From Candidatus Woesearchaeota archaeon (lineage in GTDB: Archaea > Nanobdellota > Nanobdellia > Woesearchaeales > JAGVZT01), in contig JBDRLT010000015.1 of the NCBI GenBank assembly GCA_043812815.1, positions 1 through 63,429 of the forward strand: a DNA stretch of 63,429 nt. Direction: 5' to 3'. The notes below the pieces were generated by a model. It did not search any database. It saw only the letters and a program-made list of their open reading frames with translations, and was not told where the DNA came from. The first letter of the stretch is position 1, and the number at the start of each line of letters is the position of its first letter. The position numbers and the translations under genes were made by a program. Shown in pieces: positions 8,169-21,567 of this stretch.

Positions 8169-9059
8169 TTACTCAGTGATTTTCGACCACACTGGTGCTT
8201 TTGTCCTGCATTGACTTATAATGGGATTACCCTGGTTTATGGATACTATTGCGCCGCTGTATTGGAATCCATGGGCATTTCCAGGAGAAATATAAAACAC
8301 AGGAATACTAACTCTGAACACTAAAGTTGGGAATGGATATTTTTTGTCACTAACCCCTGGATGTGCATCATGCGAAAAAACATATTCAAGATTTTCTCGT
8401 GGAATAGAATAATGACGATAAAGAATTACAAATCCCTTCCGGGCAATCGCTTCAATTATCTCGGCTTCACCAGTTGCTCGGCTAAATGGCTTTGGCAGAG
8501 CTTTGGCGATTGCCTCATACGGTATGCCCAGGTGTTTTCCCATTTGCCTAAGGACTCTTGCTGCACGTATTGGAGTTGGGTAATGGACTCTGTTTGAGGT
8601 TTCCACTGTGCCTAAGGCAAAAGGCTCAATATCTTTCCATTCTCCTGAATACAATGTACGAACTTCATCAGCCTTGACACGTCCCCTGAAATCCTCAATA
8701 AAATTGCTTCCTGTTCTAGCTATTCTTTCCAGGAATCCAACCTGGAACCCTTCCAGAAGTATTCCAACTAAATCAGGGAGATACTGTGCAAGAATATTGC
8801 TTGGTTCTTTTGGAAAGAACTCAAACAGGCCATAATGAGCAAGTCTACCACTGTCGTAGATAGGCAGTTCACTTAACCCTTTTAGATTTAATTTAAAGTC
8901 TGGGAACATAACGATGGATGTTACTGCAAGGTCAATTGCACTTAGCGAAAATAGTGGTACAGCAATTCGCTGCGTAAGCAATACGCGGATTTCGCCATTA
9001 AAAAATTCAACTTTATCTCCCTCTAATTTAACCTAGGGGATGATATCTTCCACAGCCAT
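8169..9059 (-). pseudogene. hypothetical protein gene interrupted by in-frame TAG at codon 9
   Basis: ATG at 9059 lies 23 nt downstream of a TTTATATA box. MAVEDIIP-TAG(9033-9035)-VKLEGDKVEFFNGEIRV continues in frame into listed ORF 8169..8981. Confidence 0.5.
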
Positions 9060-9082
9060 GCAAAGCAGAGAGTGGAACTCCT

Positions 9083-9090
9083 TATATAAA
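9083..9090 (-). promoter_or_regulatory. TATA box for the 9059 start (leaderless)
   Basis: Minus-strand TTTATATA, 23 nt upstream of the ATG at 9059. Confidence 0.5.
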
Positions 9091-9121
9091 TTTTATTACT
9101 TATTAATGGCAACTAACTGGT

Positions 9122-9650
9122 TCAACTTGAAATCAGAAATCTTAGTAACACTCCAACTGTTCTATCCTCTTTAATATCGCCATTCAAGCACATCGTCTTG
9201 ACTTCATCAAAGGTTTTCCATTCTGGCTTGATTACTTCTCCTAGTTCTGGTTTTTGAGATCCAGCTACAAATTTGTCGACTATAAAATAATAGAGATCCC
9301 ATTCGATTGTGGCGCCGGCATGGGTTGTGCAGTAATGCTTAATGTTCTGGGCAATCAAGCCGGTTTCGTCTTGGCATTCTTTATGCGCTGCTTTTGTGTG
9401 CGTTGTATTCGTCCAGAGTGTCAAATACTTTGCCTCCTGGAAGCCTCCAGTCATAACCATTTAACTCATGCCTGTATTCGTGGGTGAGCAGCATTTTATG
9501 GTCATTAAGAATAATTAGCCTGATTCCTGGTGCTCTTCTGACAATCTCAAAGTCAAATGTTTTCGAGCCTGCCTGCATTGGCTGACTGAGCACTTCAAAA
9601 ATTTTGCCTGAGTATAGCTTTTTTTCTTGTCCTGCTTTTGCCAGCTTCAT
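9122..9650 (-). pseudogene. Nudix hydrolase gene with frameshift
   Basis: N-terminal part (MKLAKAG...WRLPGGKVFDTLDEYNAHK) and Nudix box (AAHKECQDETGL) are in different frames. The switch coincides with an A4/T4 run at about 9392-9395. Confidence 0.65.
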
Positions 9651-9883
9651 AGAATTACGGCATCCCAACTTATATATTAAATAAGTGATTTTTGAAGGCG
9701 CACTTTGGGAAAATCCACTGATTTTTTCCAAGATAACATTTATAAATAAGGGTATTTTCCTGTGTCTGAGAATGAAGCGAAGCTCCAGAAGGTGGAAGAA
9801 ACGCAAGCAGATGCGTTGGAAATGGCAGAGAAAGAAGCTTAACAAGCTGAAGAGAAGACGCAAAAACAAGTAACACCGAAACG

Positions 9884-9891
9884 TTTATAAA
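9884..9891 (+). promoter_or_regulatory. candidate rRNA operon TATA box
   Basis: TTTATAAA preceded by purine-rich CGAAACG (BRE-like), about 170 nt upstream of the 16S 5' end. Confidence 0.45.
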
Positions 9892-10016
9892 GTGAGTTTG
9901 CTTCACTTCTTAGAGATTTCAACAAGGGTTGGAATCTAATCTCCACCATTCTAAGATTGTTAAAATCTTACGTAATGTGCGCTCAATTTTGCAATTGAGT
10001 GCGAATATGGAAAATT

Positions 10017-10025
10017 GTCGGAAAA
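10017..10025 (+). other. 5' arm of 16S processing stem
   Basis: GTCGGAAAA is the exact complement of TTTTCCGAC at 11622-11630, which flanks the 16S 3' end. Confidence 0.55.
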
Positions 10026-10062
10026 CCTGTGTGTGAGCTAAAACCTTTAAGTCAATAAGCGA

Positions 10063-11619
<1,557 letters not shown>

Positions 11620-11621
11620 TT

Positions 11622-11630
11622 TTTTCCGAC
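11622..11630 (+). other. 3' arm of 16S processing stem
   Basis: TTTTCCGAC is complementary to 10017-10025. Confidence 0.55.
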
Positions 11631-11726
11631 TTTTTTCCATAACTTTATAAACTTATACTTATTCCATATAAAAAGAGAGTTTTGCGACTCTCATTCTTAT
11701 CCCGCAGCGGGGGACAAGCGCTGGAT

Positions 11727-11843
11727 GGGCTCGTAGCTCAGTTGGTAGAGCGTCGCCCTTGCAGACTTTATGTCAGGAGAGGCGGAGGCCTCGGGTTCAA
11801 AAAGTGTTTGCACTAGCAATCCTTGAATTTCCCGACGAGTCCA
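11727..11843 (+). tRNA. tRNA-Ala(TGC) in rRNA spacer, two introns
   Basis: Acceptor GGGCTCG/CGAGTCC gives the G3:U70 Ala identity pair. TGC at 11760-11762. Inserts at 11764-11779 (37/38) and 11802-11829 (59/60). Confidence 0.8.
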
Positions 11844-11942
11844 TTCAAAAGTTTTCATGATCACAAATTCACATGGGCTCAGCATTGTATGATGCTGATC
11901 CTTACGGTTGAAACGTGATGTTTATGAGGCCATGCATAGTTA

Positions 11943-14855
<2,913 letters not shown>

Positions 14856-14888
14856 TAGTTCTTATCTTAACTATGCATGGCTTTCATA

Positions 14889-14896
14889 TTTTTTTT
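14889..14896 (+). terminator. oligo-T tract after 23S
   Basis: T8 run just downstream of the 23S processing stem; oligo-T is the usual archaeal termination signal. Confidence 0.4.
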
Positions 14897-14960
14897 GTTG
14901 TTTTAATTAACAGTGTGAACTCTGTTATTTTTGATATAACAAGTAAGGAATAGTAGTAAA

Positions 14961-15240
14961 TGTTCCCGCGGCTTCAAGCACGTATATGCAGAGCGTGCGC
15001 TAAAATACTGTTTTTTTGAAGATGATTTTAGGGTCGCTTACGAAGAGCTTTCTCAACAGATAATCGTAAGCTCCGCAAGCATGCTGAAGTCCTATGCTGT
15101 ACAACAAGCAAGGGAAATTCAGTTAATGCTCCCGCTGCTTCAAGCAAATAAGTGCAGTTTGTGGGTCAAAAAAAATTTTGAAAATAATTATTAGGTCGCT
15201 TAAGATGACTGCCAAATTAAGCTCCGCAATTGCATATGAA
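14961..15240 (+). repeat. imperfect tandem repeat, period about 166 bp (two units)
   Basis: Shared blocks TG(T/C)TCCCGC(G/T)GCTTCAAGCA (14961, 15127), TAGG(G)TCGCTTA (15030, 15192) and AAGCTCCGCAA (15068, 15218). Confidence 0.7.
15194..15212 (+). repeat. 19-nt direct repeat, copy 1
   Basis: GGTCGCTTAAGATGACTGC; 17 of 19 nt identical to 15823-15841. Confidence 0.6.
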
Positions 15241-15400
15241 TTATTCTGATTTTATTGCGAAAATATTGTTTGTTTTTCTGTTTTTGTGAATAGTTTTTGG
15301 TTTTATTAGAAATATCTCTATTCTACTCGGAAATCCTACGGACTTTCTGGAATAATTCTGATTAAAGGCAGAGTGCATTATTGTTTTTGAGGTGATGGTT

Positions 15401-15817
15401 ATGAGGCTTACTGAAAGGACAGATCTTGATAAGATGGCTGAGGAGTGGTTTCCAGTGAGTGTTGAGGGCAAGGGGATGGGGATGTTGTGCTGCGGCTATG
15501 GTTTGGAGCTTGGCTTGTGTGAAGATCCAAGGTATGTATGGAGACCTTATGATGGTGTTAACAAAATCCGTGATGGACATGGAAATCTCAGAACTTTTAG
15601 TTGGGATGGCAAGGAAAAGATTATGGATGCAGCTAACAGGGGTATGAGGCCTTTTGAAGTGCTAATTGAGGAGGAGCATGCCAGGCTACGGGTGCAATTT
15701 CCAAAAGTGGCTAAAATGCTTGATCTGCCTGTGCAGGAGTGGGATTTGTATATAGCGGCGCATAAGCTGCAGTATGTATATAAATCGCAAGGCGGTGTCG
15801 CAACTCGTGTTGAATAA
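15401..15817 (+). CDS. hypothetical protein (ORFan)
   Basis: ATG at 15401 lies 6 nt after GAGGTG (listed ORF begins at GTG 15392). No motif recognised. Bracketed by the 19-nt direct repeat. Confidence 0.55.
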   Translation: MRLTERTDLDKMAEEWFPVSVEGKGMGMLCCGYGLELGLCEDPRYVWRPYDGVNKIRDGHGNLRTFSWDGKEKIMDAANRGMRPFEVLIEEEHARLRVQFPKVAKMLDLPVQEWDLYIAAHKLQYVYKSQGGVATRVE

Positions 15818-15822
15818 TTTCT

Positions 15823-15841
15823 GGCTGCTTAAGATGACTGC
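15823..15841 (+). repeat. 19-nt direct repeat, copy 2
   Basis: GGCTGCTTAAGATGACTGC, immediately after the stop of the 15401 ORF. Confidence 0.6.
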
Positions 15842-15909
15842 AGCGAGAGTTGTGCAAACGCGACATATTGGCTAATTCGTCACCAGCTAGTGATAATGTT
15901 ACCGAAAGA

Positions 15910-15919
15910 TTTAAATATA
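15910..15919 (+). promoter_or_regulatory. TATA box upstream of the 15976 gene
   Basis: TTTAAATATA preceded by CCGAAAG. GGAGG lies 9 nt before the ATG at 15976. Confidence 0.45.
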
Positions 15920-15975
15920 AGTGCTACTTCTTAGTACTCAACATGATATTAGTAAACAAATGGAGGTTATGAAAA

Positions 15976-16965
15976 ATGAGTGATTTTGGAAGAAAATTTT
16001 TGAGGGCGATAGGCGTGGAATATCAGCCTAGTGAACAGGAAATCAAGCTAGCAGAAGAGATGGGAAGAGCAACTGAGGAGAAAATTGCAGCAGATATGGC
16101 AAGAGATGTTGAGGAGGAAATGGCTGAAAATATAATGCAATACAATAATGACATGCGAGCTTTTGGTGTAATGCAGGAACAAGTACCTAACCAGGTGAAA
16201 GAAAAATTAATGGTTTCTTTGGTGCAGGCTGTTTATGGCTTGAGTGCTTTGCCTAACAGCGATGTTCTAAGTCCTAAGGTTGTTGAAACATTAGCAGACT
16301 ACCAGGCTAGCGGAGAATATCCTCAACTATATACGGAAGGTATGGCTGCTAGAGATATGTTATGGAGAACAATCGCAGAAATGACAAGGAATATTACATA
16401 TAGAGAAGTACATCAGATTGGTGTAGCAAAGGATGTTCTTGTCTCAGCTGGCGCAAGCGGACTTCCTTCATCCGAAGCTGTTAAGGCTGGTTTTGCTGGT
16501 TACAGAAAGGAAGTTGTAAAGGAATTAGGAAGGCAAGAAAAGGATGTAAAAGACCAGGTAGGTGCTTTGTATAGGATAGAGCACAACAGAATCAACGACA
16601 AAGATGACGCAGTTGCTTTGGTACAAAGAGCATTTAGAGACAATGTTTTTGCTGACGTGCAAATTGGCGGTTTGTATACACTTGCCAGAGAACTTTCAAA
16701 AGTGCTTGGCGCATGTAAGGTTATCCGACCTGGAGAAGCAGGATTCCAGCCAATAAAACAAAATCTGGATTATGCGGTAGAGGAAGCTCAACAGGCAATG
16801 GATACAGGATATGCGTTGCAGCAAACCCTTGGAATAAGCCGTCCTGAATATGGCGAGCCTATGACAATTGATGAGTTTGCAGCCAACCCATGCATGCCTT
16901 ACTCTGTATTGGAAATGAATGCAGTGGGTGGTGCGTTGTACTGGAGGCAGAGTGCAACAAAGTAA
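15976..16965 (+). CDS. hypothetical protein (ORFan), acidic helical N-terminus
   Basis: 329 aa. EQEIKLAEEMGRATEEKIAADMARDVEEEMAEN, then a mixed alpha/beta-looking sequence. No motif recognised. Confidence 0.65.
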   Translation: MSDFGRKFLRAIGVEYQPSEQEIKLAEEMGRATEEKIAADMARDVEEEMAENIMQYNNDMRAFGVMQEQVPNQVKEKLMVSLVQAVYGLSALPNSDVLSPKVVETLADYQASGEYPQLYTEGMAARDMLWRTIAEMTRNITYREVHQIGVAKDVLVSAGASGLPSSEAVKAGFAGYRKEVVKELGRQEKDVKDQVGALYRIEHNRINDKDDAVALVQRAFRDNVFADVQIGGLYTLARELSKVLGACKVIRPGEAGFQPIKQNLDYAVEEAQQAMDTGYALQQTLGISRPEYGEPMTIDEFAANPCMPYSVLEMNAVGGALYWRQSATK

Positions 16966-16993
16966 TTTTTTATTTTTTTAAAGAGGTGAAAAA

Positions 16994-18136
16994 ATGCCAA
17001 ATATCTTTCAGAGGTTTAGAAGACCACAGGTAGTTGAAGCTGTAGTCGAACCTACAATCGAAGATGTAATTGCAGCAGGGATGAACTGCAGCGCTTTGAT
17101 GCGAGAGCTTTATGCTGACAGTGTTGCGGCTCCTGTTAAAGTTGGTGCTTACATACATTTTTCTTCAGGGATTAATGTTGTTAACTTGGGGGGTGTTGAG
17201 GTTAGTTTCCCTCTTGCAGATGGAGGAAGTGAGAGACTAAGGGGTGTACCTATACGTATTCGCCATGTTGCAAAAGCTGCGCTTGATCAGGTTGTTGCAG
17301 GAAGATATGCCGAGATCGGTGCTGTTTTCGATCAATTGAATAATCTTGGTGAAACAAGAGCCGCGTCTCCTCAAGAATATGTAACATTTTATAATAATGC
17401 TGTACCATTGGTGCAAGCTGTTATTGGTGAGCATGATATTGCCAAAGCTAGGTTGACTGCAAGTATTGACTTAGGTATGCTTGGTGGGCAGCTTAGAAAT
17501 TTGGAGGCTATTGCAAGTAGTTTAGAGCTTAGAGGGGCTCAAGATACCAAGAGAACTAAGGTATTGCAGTATTTCAGAGAACAAATTGGGTATGTTGAAG
17601 AATTAGCTCAAGTTGGCTCTGTACAGGATGCAAGTTTAGATTTGAGGACAACTGCCATTTATTTTTCAGGATATGCACCTGGGTTTGATGCTGAGGGGTA
17701 TTTAGAAAGAGCTGGACAGGGTAGTATGATTTCCCGGCTGCTCCAAAGGTTTAGGCGCCTAAGAGTAACACCTGAAACAATTGTTTCAGACGATGATAAG
17801 CCTGTTGTATTTGACAACCTACTGTTTGAAGCATACAGATCGTTTGAGACAGCATATGTAACGCGTACTGGAAGGCGAGATAGAGTTTATTTCGGCGAAG
17901 CTCAAAAGTGTGCTGGGTGGACTCATGAGTTTATGGTCCAGCCCGACTATACTCCTGCTGAATTAGGCCAAATTGCGAGAGCAACATATGGATTGATATG
18001 CAATGCCAGAAATGCCTGTGATGGCCTTCCCGCAACAATGTGGGAAGTGGGTGGTGCTGTTAATAGGATACTTGCTGCAAATAGCAATATGCCCTTTGGA
18101 GACAGAATGGCAGATATCCAAAGCAATTATGTATGA
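16994..18136 (+). CDS. hypothetical protein (ORFan) with repeated QRFRR motif
   Basis: 380 aa. IFQRFRRPQVVE at residues 4-15 and LLQRFRRLRVTPE near residue 250. GAGGTGA lies 7 nt upstream of the ATG. Confidence 0.65.
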   Translation: MPNIFQRFRRPQVVEAVVEPTIEDVIAAGMNCSALMRELYADSVAAPVKVGAYIHFSSGINVVNLGGVEVSFPLADGGSERLRGVPIRIRHVAKAALDQVVAGRYAEIGAVFDQLNNLGETRAASPQEYVTFYNNAVPLVQAVIGEHDIAKARLTASIDLGMLGGQLRNLEAIASSLELRGAQDTKRTKVLQYFREQIGYVEELAQVGSVQDASLDLRTTAIYFSGYAPGFDAEGYLERAGQGSMISRLLQRFRRLRVTPETIVSDDDKPVVFDNLLFEAYRSFETAYVTRTGRRDRVYFGEAQKCAGWTHEFMVQPDYTPAELGQIARATYGLICNARNACDGLPATMWEVGGAVNRILAANSNMPFGDRMADIQSNYV

Positions 18137-18170
18137 AGTTTATAGAATAGAAACAAGCCTGTAAATAAAT

Positions 18171-18881
18171 TTATGTCTTTCCTCTTCCCTTGCTTGCAGA
18201 TACACTTCCCGAAGTACCAGAGGATGCAGCGGCACTGGCGGCCGCAACTGCGGTTCCTGTAATTTTAGTCACTGCAGCTTCTAACTCAGGAATAGCAGTT
18301 TCAACCTCATTAATTTTTGCAAGGATTTTTCTTTTCCTGCCAGCTAGTATGCTATGCCAACCAATATATTGACCTAATCTTGAATGTGCCTGAATTATGT
18401 TATCAATCTGAGTCTCAAGTTGATCCAAGCTAACAAGTGCAGGGTTCTTTGACCAAGTTTCAAATGTAGCAATAAAATTTTGAAGAGCAGCTAATTCACC
18501 GTCAAGACCAGGTAGAACTTTATCTCGTAAGGTTTTGGTTTCTTGAAAATCTCGTATTTGGAGACCATTTAGCATGCCATTAAGCTCATTATACAATTTT
18601 ACAGCCTCAGTAGCCATCCTTTCCGCTTCCCTAAGCTTATCTTGAACATCCTGAGGAAAGTCTTTGCCACCTTTTATTAATTTATCAACATCATCTCTAA
18701 TTTTTTTAACTTCTGCTTCCTTTTTGAGTGCTGAATGCAGACGCATCTCTTGTTCAGCAAGACCCTTGAGCGCATTACGAACATTATTAATTTCCTTATG
18801 TAAAAACTCTACTGCTGCTTTAGAGTCTCGGGAGACTCTTGCAGTAAATTGACTTACAATAGCTTGAACTTGTTGGCTCAT
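18171..18881 (-). CDS. coiled-coil protein with Ser/Ala/Gly-rich C-terminal tail
   Basis: 236 aa with heptad-rich sequence. Tail TGTAVAAASAAASSGTSGSVSASKGRGKT. Start overlaps the upstream stop (ATGA). Confidence 0.65.
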   Translation of the reverse strand: MSQQVQAIVSQFTARVSRDSKAAVEFLHKEINNVRNALKGLAEQEMRLHSALKKEAEVKKIRDDVDKLIKGGKDFPQDVQDKLREAERMATEAVKLYNELNGMLNGLQIRDFQETKTLRDKVLPGLDGELAALQNFIATFETWSKNPALVSLDQLETQIDNIIQAHSRLGQYIGWHSILAGRKRKILAKINEVETAIPELEAAVTKITGTAVAAASAAASSGTSGSVSASKGRGKT

Positions 18882-19324
18882 CGTCCGTACCTGTCGTTTA
18901 GTTCTTTCATCTGTTGTATAGCTTGCTTTATTGATTGAAGATGCGCCATATTCTGGCGCCAGTCACTAACTATTGAAGATGTCAGCTGGTTGTTTATTTC
19001 TTGATAATCACTAATCATCTTTCTCTCGTCTTTAGATACTCCACTGATGGTGTCACCAAGGCCTTTAATCTTCTGCCATGTTTCACCAAAGCTTTCTACT
19101 TTCTGCTGCGCAAGATCAACATTTCCAACTGTAAATCCTTTGTAAATATCGTACACAACGAGTAAGTATAATAGTCCTTTAACTAGTCCACCCAGACTTT
19201 GCATGAAAGTAAGCTCAATTCCGCTTATCTCAAAGGCAGTGTCTGTTGCACCACCTTGAGCGAAGACTATACCCACAAATAGTGCAAACATTACAAAGTA
19301 TGTCAAATGTTTCATTTTTTCCAT
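18878..19324 (-). CDS. secreted/membrane-anchored protein with coiled-coil C-terminus
   Basis: Signal-peptide-like MKHLTYFVMFALFVGIVFA-QG, a second hydrophobic helix GGLVKGLLYLLVVY, then a helical tail. Confidence 0.6.
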   Translation of the reverse strand: MEKMKHLTYFVMFALFVGIVFAQGGATDTAFEISGIELTFMQSLGGLVKGLLYLLVVYDIYKGFTVGNVDLAQQKVESFGETWQKIKGLGDTISGVSKDERKMISDYQEINNQLTSSIVSDWRQNMAHLQSIKQAIQQMKELNDRYGR

Positions 19325-19908
19325 TTTTCTGTTAATTTAGATACTATTAGTGGTATGAAAATCGGCGATGGAAAGCTTCTTGCCCATAAATCAATCCTGG
19401 ACACTATCCAAATTAGTGCCATAATAATAAGTGCCCGTATGAAATGCTCCATTTTATTGGTGGGTTTCCATTTAACGTACATTGCCCAGACAATAAAAAC
19501 AGGTACTCCGAAAAGCAGAGGGAGCAGTACCAGCGAAGTGTATTGAACTGCAATCAGTCTAAGCAAATCACTTGGTGTAAGAAGCATTACCATAACTGCA
19601 ATGCATAAACTGATTATAAGACAAACTCTCTTATTTGTAATAAATTTGGTTGTACCCCAATGGAAGATTGTGAAGACCATCAGCCAGAGCCCAAATCGTA
19701 AAAGTGCTATTAGCTGGTCAATACTCATTGTACCAGGAACCATGAAAATTTGAACAATTATTTGTATTGCGCTAGTTACTATAGTCCCAAGTTCAGCAAA
19801 AGGATTTCCAATAGGTGTGCCTGTTGGAGAACCTACTGGCCCTTGTGAATATACATTACTAATAAGAATAATTAGGAAGATGAAGATCAAGATTGCAGAC
19901 TTCTTCAT
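19312..19908 (-). CDS. multi-pass membrane protein with N-terminal signal peptide
   Basis: MKKSAILIFIFLIILISNVYS-QG, a Pro/Gly linker, then about 5 hydrophobic helices. First gene of the minus-strand operon. Confidence 0.6.
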   Translation of the reverse strand: MKKSAILIFIFLIILISNVYSQGPVGSPTGTPIGNPFAELGTIVTSAIQIIVQIFMVPGTMSIDQLIALLRFGLWLMVFTIFHWGTTKFITNKRVCLIISLCIAVMVMLLTPSDLLRLIAVQYTSLVLLPLLFGVPVFIVWAMYVKWKPTNKMEHFIRALIIMALIWIVSRIDLWARSFPSPIFIPLIVSKLTEKWKK

Positions 19909-20109
19909 TTATTCACCATTTTTTTTTGATTATTATACTTATTTGAAGCAGTGGTATATAAAATTTTTCTTTTTTGGCAGGGTTTTTGCTGTTTTTGATA
20001 TTAAATAGAGTGTTTTTTCTGCAGCCAAGACTGTTTATTACGATTGGAGCAGTGGTCTTGCGGTTTTTTGATAACAAGGCATTATTAGAATTGTATCCAA
20101 GATTACATT

Positions 20110-20586
20110 ATGAACTACAGACAAAGATTAGGGCTAAAGATCGGGTTGGGGGCGTTGGTGTTTACAGCAGGGGCTGCCAGTGCCTATATGGCTACTAAGC
20201 AGGAGGTTGCCAGGGTATTCTCAGAGCCTGTAACAACTGCTGTCAGGCAAGTTGATGAGCTTATGCTCACAAAAAGGCCTGATATCTATATAGATACACT
20301 TACTGATTATATTGTTGATAATCCTGCTGTGCTTGAACCATCTGATGTTTCTGGTCTGGTGCAGGCAATTGACACTGCAGACTTAGTTGATACAGCTACA
20401 AGGCAGGCGGTTTTTGAGAGTTCTGCAAGAAAGCTGGAGCCTGATTATGTTACTGATGTTGCTGAGAGTGTTTTCCCAAACGCAAGCAGGGAAAGAAAGG
20501 TTGGCCATTTTCTCTATACGCTGAAGGAAGTGGGAATAGAGTATCTTGATATAATGAAGAATAAAATTGAGGAGTTGAGAAAATGA
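20110..20586 (+). CDS. N-terminally anchored hypothetical protein
   Basis: Basic MNYRQR followed by TM LGLKIGLGALVFTAGAASAYMA, then a soluble acidic domain. Confidence 0.6.
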   Translation: MNYRQRLGLKIGLGALVFTAGAASAYMATKQEVARVFSEPVTTAVRQVDELMLTKRPDIYIDTLTDYIVDNPAVLEPSDVSGLVQAIDTADLVDTATRQAVFESSARKLEPDYVTDVAESVFPNASRERKVGHFLYTLKEVGIEYLDIMKNKIEELRK

Positions 20587-21566
20587 CACTGGATAATAAG
20601 GTGGACTTTGACTGGAAGCGCTTTGCAGAGGTTGACAAGAAAGTTGAAGAGTATTTAGTCAGTCCTTCATCCAGCCAGGAGATGCGGCAGGTCCAAGACA
20701 AAATAAACCTGGCTGCGATAGAGGCTGTTGCAGCTGAAAAGCCTAAGTGGCGGCGCGGATTGTATAGAACCTGGCTGGTGCTTTCTGGTAGGAATGCCTC
20801 TGAGATTATGCGGCAGCAGACCCAGGTGGTTGATGAGGTTATACAGCGAGGAGAGGAATATCTAGTTGAGGTTGAAAGAGACCTGCAGCGCTACAGCAGG
20901 AGGCGTATCTCTTTGCTTGAGGAGCTTACTGATCTTGGGGGAAAAGGTGAAGATCTGGAGTATGCGCTGAGGTGTTTTGACGAGCAGATTGCTGATACTG
21001 AGGGGCTGCTGGCGAATGCTGATCCTGCTGGACTTAGAAGCCTCAGCCAGGAGGTCAAAGCCAGAAGCAGGGTTGGGCTGCACAGGTATAAGGCTGAGCT
21101 TGTTGAGAAGAAGAGGAGAGTGCAGATTGAGTTGAGCAAGGCTTATGCCCATGCAATTGGTCTTGATGGTGAGCTTGTTGCTGCTGATGACATGCTTGTT
21201 TTTCTGGATGCGCAGTTCAATGCAGGCCAGGAGGATATGGGCAAGCAGATGGGCCATTTTGCCGGGATGTATCCTGGTGATTTCTCTGAGAGGCTCGGCC
21301 ATTTGATTAGGGCGCAGGCACTTGTTGAGGATGCTGAGGTTAGCATCAACAAGCGCACAAAGGTTGCGGGCAAGGTTGCAGAGGTTTTTGCTGACCATGT
21401 GGCTTACCTTAACCCAAAGCATCCGCAGCTGTATAGTTCTACAGAAATGAAGCAGGCAGTGGCTGAGATTAGGCAGGCAATGGATGAACGCGCAGACAGG
21501 GGCCAGAGTTATGCTGACACGTTAAGGGTTAATGGCAAGGCTGCCATAAATAAGCACCTGCTGTAG
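20583..21566 (+). CDS. long helical/coiled-coil hypothetical protein
   Basis: 327 aa, E/R/L/A rich. ATGA overlap with the upstream gene. TAG stop lies 1 nt before the AAA ATPase ATG. Confidence 0.65.
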   Translation: MTLDNKVDFDWKRFAEVDKKVEEYLVSPSSSQEMRQVQDKINLAAIEAVAAEKPKWRRGLYRTWLVLSGRNASEIMRQQTQVVDEVIQRGEEYLVEVERDLQRYSRRRISLLEELTDLGGKGEDLEYALRCFDEQIADTEGLLANADPAGLRSLSQEVKARSRVGLHRYKAELVEKKRRVQIELSKAYAHAIGLDGELVAADDMLVFLDAQFNAGQEDMGKQMGHFAGMYPGDFSERLGHLIRAQALVEDAEVSINKRTKVAGKVAEVFADHVAYLNPKHPQLYSSTEMKQAVAEIRQAMDERADRGQSYADTLRVNGKAAINKHLL

Positions 21567-21567
21567 G

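Noticed and set aside
9685-9873. 62-aa Lys/Arg-rich ORF upstream of the rRNA promoter
   Set aside because: It is a low-complexity product of a purine-rich spacer and overlaps the spurious N-terminal extension of the Nudix ORF on the other strand. It has no start context.
14880-15390. 5S rRNA downstream of the 23S
   Set aside because: No 5S-like conserved segments or a terminal helix of about 120 nt could be found on either strand. The region instead contains the 166-bp tandem repeat.
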